Positions 43,201 through 46,439 of a DNA stretch of 46,439 nucleotides are shown piece after piece. The notes beneath the pieces are model-generated. The model did not search any database. It was not told the origin of the DNA and saw only the letters and a list, made by a program, of their open reading frames with translations. A program made the translations under genes and the position numbers. Position 1 is the first letter of the stretch, and every line of letters begins with the position of its first letter. The DNA is from Reclinomonas americana ATCC 50394 (lineage: Eukaryota), in NCBI GenBank assembly GCA_048213135.1, contig PS015242.1, positions 1,726 to 48,164 of the forward strand. The letters run 5' to 3'.

Positions 43201-45324
43201 CACCCACCTGCTCCGAAGTAATTTGCGAGTACTGAATGACCTGCGTGAGGAACATTTCCAGGTTGGGCGCCAGTCGCTCCGAAAAGCCGGCGCTCTTCAC
43301 CAAAATGGTGGTCAGCACACTGAACAGCTGCGCCGCCACGAGCGACAGCCCGCGTCGATCGCCTTCGCTGTCGTACCCGTCCTCCTCCTCCAGCACCGAG
43401 TCGCCCTGCACCTCGCCTGCACGCGCAAACAAGTGAGGAAATATACCGCGAATGCAATGGAGGGAGAGCGCGCACCGGCGAGATACAGCGGCAGCAAGCC
43501 ATCAAAATAGGCGTACACCAGCTCGCCAATAGAGCTCATGTAGCGCTTGATCGCCTTGGAAAAGTAGGAGACGAGTCGGTTGATGATTTTCAGTGCGCCC
43601 ATGTGCAGCTGGTCATTGGCAGCCACCGGCTGCATGAGAATGTTGGCGAGCGTCTCCAGCCATGCTTCGGCGAAGGCGCGGGCGTGGCGGGTGGTGGTCT
43701 TGGCTGTGCGCGACAATAAGGGGAAGGAGGGAGGGAGGGGAGAGAGAGGAGTTGTGGCGCAACGCAACTCGGTTCGCCCATGTGCACGAGCATCAGTGGG
43801 GAGAGCATGTTGATCGCCGTGTCCAGAGCGCGCTTGCGCATTTTCATGGCGTAGGGCTGGGAGTGGGGTAAAGGGGAAAAGGGGGGTTAGGGGGAAGGGG
43901 GAGAAGGGGGGAAAAGGACAAGCGAGAGAGGGGGGCGAGAGAGGGGGAGCGAGAGAGGGGGAGCAGCGAGTGGGGGAGCGCGAGTGGGGAGCAGCGAGTG
44001 GGGGAGCAGCGAGTGGGGGAGCAGCGAGTGGGGGAGCAGCGAGTGGGGGAGCAGCGAGTGGGGGAGCAGCGAGTGGGGGAGCAGCGAGTGGGGGAGCAGC
44101 GAGTGGGGGAGCAGCGATTGGGGGAGACCGAAAGGAGAGAGCATAGGAGGAGAGCGAAGGGGGGAAAGCAAAGATGCGAGGAAAGTGAAGAGATGAGATG
44201 AACGTGACAGCGACGGGAGAGCAGAAGGGGCAAGGGATGGAAGAAAACACATACCTTGTCAGCACAAGATACAATTCTGACGAGTTCTGGGCACAACTGC
44301 TGCATGGCAACAGCGTAGTTGTCGCTGTCAAAGTCTTCCGAGAGGAGATTCAAAGCCTTGACGCCACCGTAAACCTGCCCATGCGGCAATGGAGGTGAGG
44401 ATGGATGGTGAATGATGAGACTGCAAAAGCACGTCGACATACCTGGAGTGGATCGTCAGAGCGTGTCAACAGGATGAGATTGTCCAGCAAGTCGGGCCAG
44501 TGTTCGGGCCAGTCCTGGCGGCCGATGGTGGCCACGATGCGGCACTGTGGAAGCAAATGACAAGGTGAGTAACAAGGCTGGAGAGCGGAGGAGAGCAACG
44601 AGGCGACCAAGAGGATAAGAGTAACGAAGCGAGCGAGAGGAGGAGAGCGACGAGGCGAACGAGAGGTGGAGGCGAGCGACGAGGCGAGCGACGAGGCGAG
44701 CGAGAGGAGGAGAACGACGAGGCGAGCAAGGGGAGGAGAGCGACGAGGCGAGCGAGGGGAGGAGAGCGACGAGGCGAGCAAGGGGAGGAGAGCGACGAGG
44801 CGAGCGAGGAGATCGAAGAAGCAAGTGAGAGGAGGAGATCGACGAGGCAAGTGAGAGGAGGAGAGCGAGAGGAGGCGAGTGAGAGGAGGAGAGCAAGAGG
44901 AGGCGAGCGAGAGAAGCAGAGCAACGACGCGAGCGAGAGGAGGAGAGCGACGAGGCGAGCGAGAGGAGGAGAGCGACGAGCCGAGCGAGAGGAGCAGAGC
45001 AACGACGCGATCAAGCACTCGCAGAAACCACCCACACTGCCGGCTCCATCCACGCAACAAAAGTTACACAGATTTTGTACGACGGGTGCAGCAGCATGCC
45101 CAGAATCGTCGAACGAATCCACTCCTTCTCCTCCACCGTGATAAGTCCGCCCTGCCACTCCCGATAGATCAGCGTACGCAGATTCACACCGGCTGAGTGC
45201 GCGAGCAACGGTGATGAGCAACGGAACAGAACGGAGGTCTGCGAGACGGAAGATTAGCATATCTGACGCAAGAGCTCGTGCTGCGACTCATCCGTGGCAA
45301 GAGTGTAGAGAACACTGGCGCAAC
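33948..45324 (-). CDS. IPO9: Importin-9 (karyopherin beta family); spliced, first exon not identified
   Basis: Exons give LLRQ|SAGVNLR..EW, IGRQDWPEHWPDLL, YDSEGD, YSQITSEQ|EEEWLHDANQYVCAEDED..FTVR, WWKLRE, LHGRALW, SGCEALRS, MMTRSKSK, an acidic loop and EDPVFKINL. These are collinear with importin-9 signature segments. TGA at 33948-33950. Confidence 0.92.
34400..34945. repeat. Degenerate GAGTGGAGACGA(G/A)G minisatellite in an importin-9 intron
   Basis: The core gagtggagacga recurs at about 15-18 nt spacing. Confidence 0.85.
36403..38062. repeat. About 20-22-bp minisatellite (GAGAGAG[T/C]GTG[C/G]AACACGAC) in an importin-9 intron, with a central gap
   Basis: Dozens of contiguous variant copies with no unique spacers. 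Confidence 0.92.
40790..40960. repeat. 10-bp tandem repeat (A[A/G]AAGCGAAG)
   Basis: About 17 copies, intronic. Confidence 0.92.
42872..42985 (+). pseudogene. Isolated single WD40 blade of the array family, antisense inside an importin-9 intron
   Basis: TVHALAVSRTGRHLVSGSGLTDCSVRVWSLESFTQVQE. Shares GTGCGTGTGTGGTCACTGG with array repeats and is flanked by (TC)-rich DNA. Confidence 0.75.
43966..44127. repeat. 15-bp tandem repeat (GAGTGGGGGAGCAGC)
   Basis: About 10 nearly perfect copies, intronic. Confidence 0.95.
44625..45008. repeat. About 26-bp degenerate repeat (GAGGAGGAGAGCGACGAGGCGAGCGA)
   Basis: Multiple variant copies, intronic. Confidence 0.8.
45197..45262 (-). other. AT-AC intron in importin-9
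   Basis: CGT CAG|atatgcta...ctcgcgcac|TCA GCC. 66 nt with an in-frame TAA. Removing it restores the conserved RQxA motif. Confidence 0.75.
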
Positions 45325-46439
45325 CTGCAGGCAGGAGTCGAAGAGTAAGATCAACAGAGGGTCGAAGAAAGAGGTGCTAGTATGATCCTTGTCGTTGCGA
45401 TTCTCTCCAGGCGCTTGAGTCTCTCGAGTCATGCTCAACGCTGACCTCACAATTATGCTCTCTCTCTCTCTCAGAGCACTCACTCATACTCTGACTCAAT
45501 ATGTCTGTGAAGCAGTGAATGAGTTCGTGCACTTGCAGGCATTGACTCCTTCTCTTCTTGCTCTCATTGTTCTCTTCACGTGCATGTGCGCACTCACGCC
45601 CTCCACGGTAATCGTGTCGCGCAAACGATTGCAGTATGTGATGTGAGTGTTCACGCCTCGTCCAGTCTCCTGAGTCTCTAAGTTCGCTGTCGGTGTTGCC
45701 CTCACTCGTTGTCTCTTTCTCGATATCCCTTGCAATCTCTTGCAGGGTTCCTCCCCTTCCCCATTCTCTCTTCCCCCATCTCTCTCAAGGTCTCTTTTTC
45801 CTCTTTCTCGTTCTCTCTTGCAATTCTCTTCCGGGGTCCCCCCGTTGCGTTCTCTCTCCTTCTCGCTCACTCTCTCTCTCCCTTTCTTTCTCGCTCGCTC
45901 GCTCTCTATCTCTCTCTCGCTCATTTTCTCTTTTTGCTTGCTCGTTCAGTTTCCCTCCCCTTCCCTTTTCCTTTCCTTTTCTCTCTCTCCCTCGCTCTCG
46001 CTCTTGTTCTCTCTCTCTCTCTCTCTTACGCCAGTTTCCTCCCCTTTCCCTTTCCTTCCTTTCTCTCTCTCTCTCTCTCGCTCTCTTTCTCTCTCTCTCT
46101 CTTTACGCTCTCTGTCGCAAATCTCTTGCAGTTCCCGTCTCCTTTCCTTTTCTCTCCCTCCCTCGCTCGCTCTCTCGCCGTTGCGATGGTGTGGTACGAC
46201 AGGCTGCTGGAGTCCAGCGTGCTGCCAGACTGGTCAGCGCTGCACGACATGCATGCTGCTTGTTTGCGCGCGTGCAGCGATGGCTCTCGCACTCTCCTCG
46301 CTCTCTCTATCGCATTTTCCCTCCCCTTTCCCATGCCCATCCCTTTCCCTCTCTCCCTCTGTTTCTCTCCCCTTTCCCTTTCCCTTTCCCTCCACCTCTC
46401 TCTCTCTCTCTCTCTCGCTCTCTCCTCCTCTCTCTGTCG

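Noticed and set aside
45340-45650. Candidate first exon of importin-9
   Set aside because: No frame gave a convincing importin N-terminal motif with a phase-1 donor, so it was left unassigned.

Overview
Gappy draft assembly of an intron-rich eukaryote, probably a protist, with microsatellite-filled introns. Gene order: (1) 1-6.9 kb, a head-to-tail array of at least five intronless WD40 genes built from near-identical 42-aa blades. Variation is concentrated in a few loop positions, every copy ends in the same ~55-aa non-WD40 tail (F-box/SOCS-box-like by eye), and four copies share an upstream GTCC..GGAC dyad. (2) A spliced WBP11 homologue with an antisense EGF-like relic in its intron. (3) An ankyrin + coiled-coil gene. 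(4) An FkbM-family methyltransferase. (5) A 16.6-kb minus-strand gene for a large secreted beta-helix (GGA/FxxN, Pmp-like) + Cys-rich + multi-pass membrane protein, in which 13 consecutive repeat units are each encoded by a phase-conserved pair of micro-exons. (6) Importin-9 on the minus strand, with intronic minisatellites, an orphan WD40 blade in one intron and an AT-AC intron. Splicing is unusual: ten frame-validated introns in four genes start with GTTGCGT, the common GTGCGT donor with one extra T. Exon structures and family calls were inferred by hand, without searches or RNA data.
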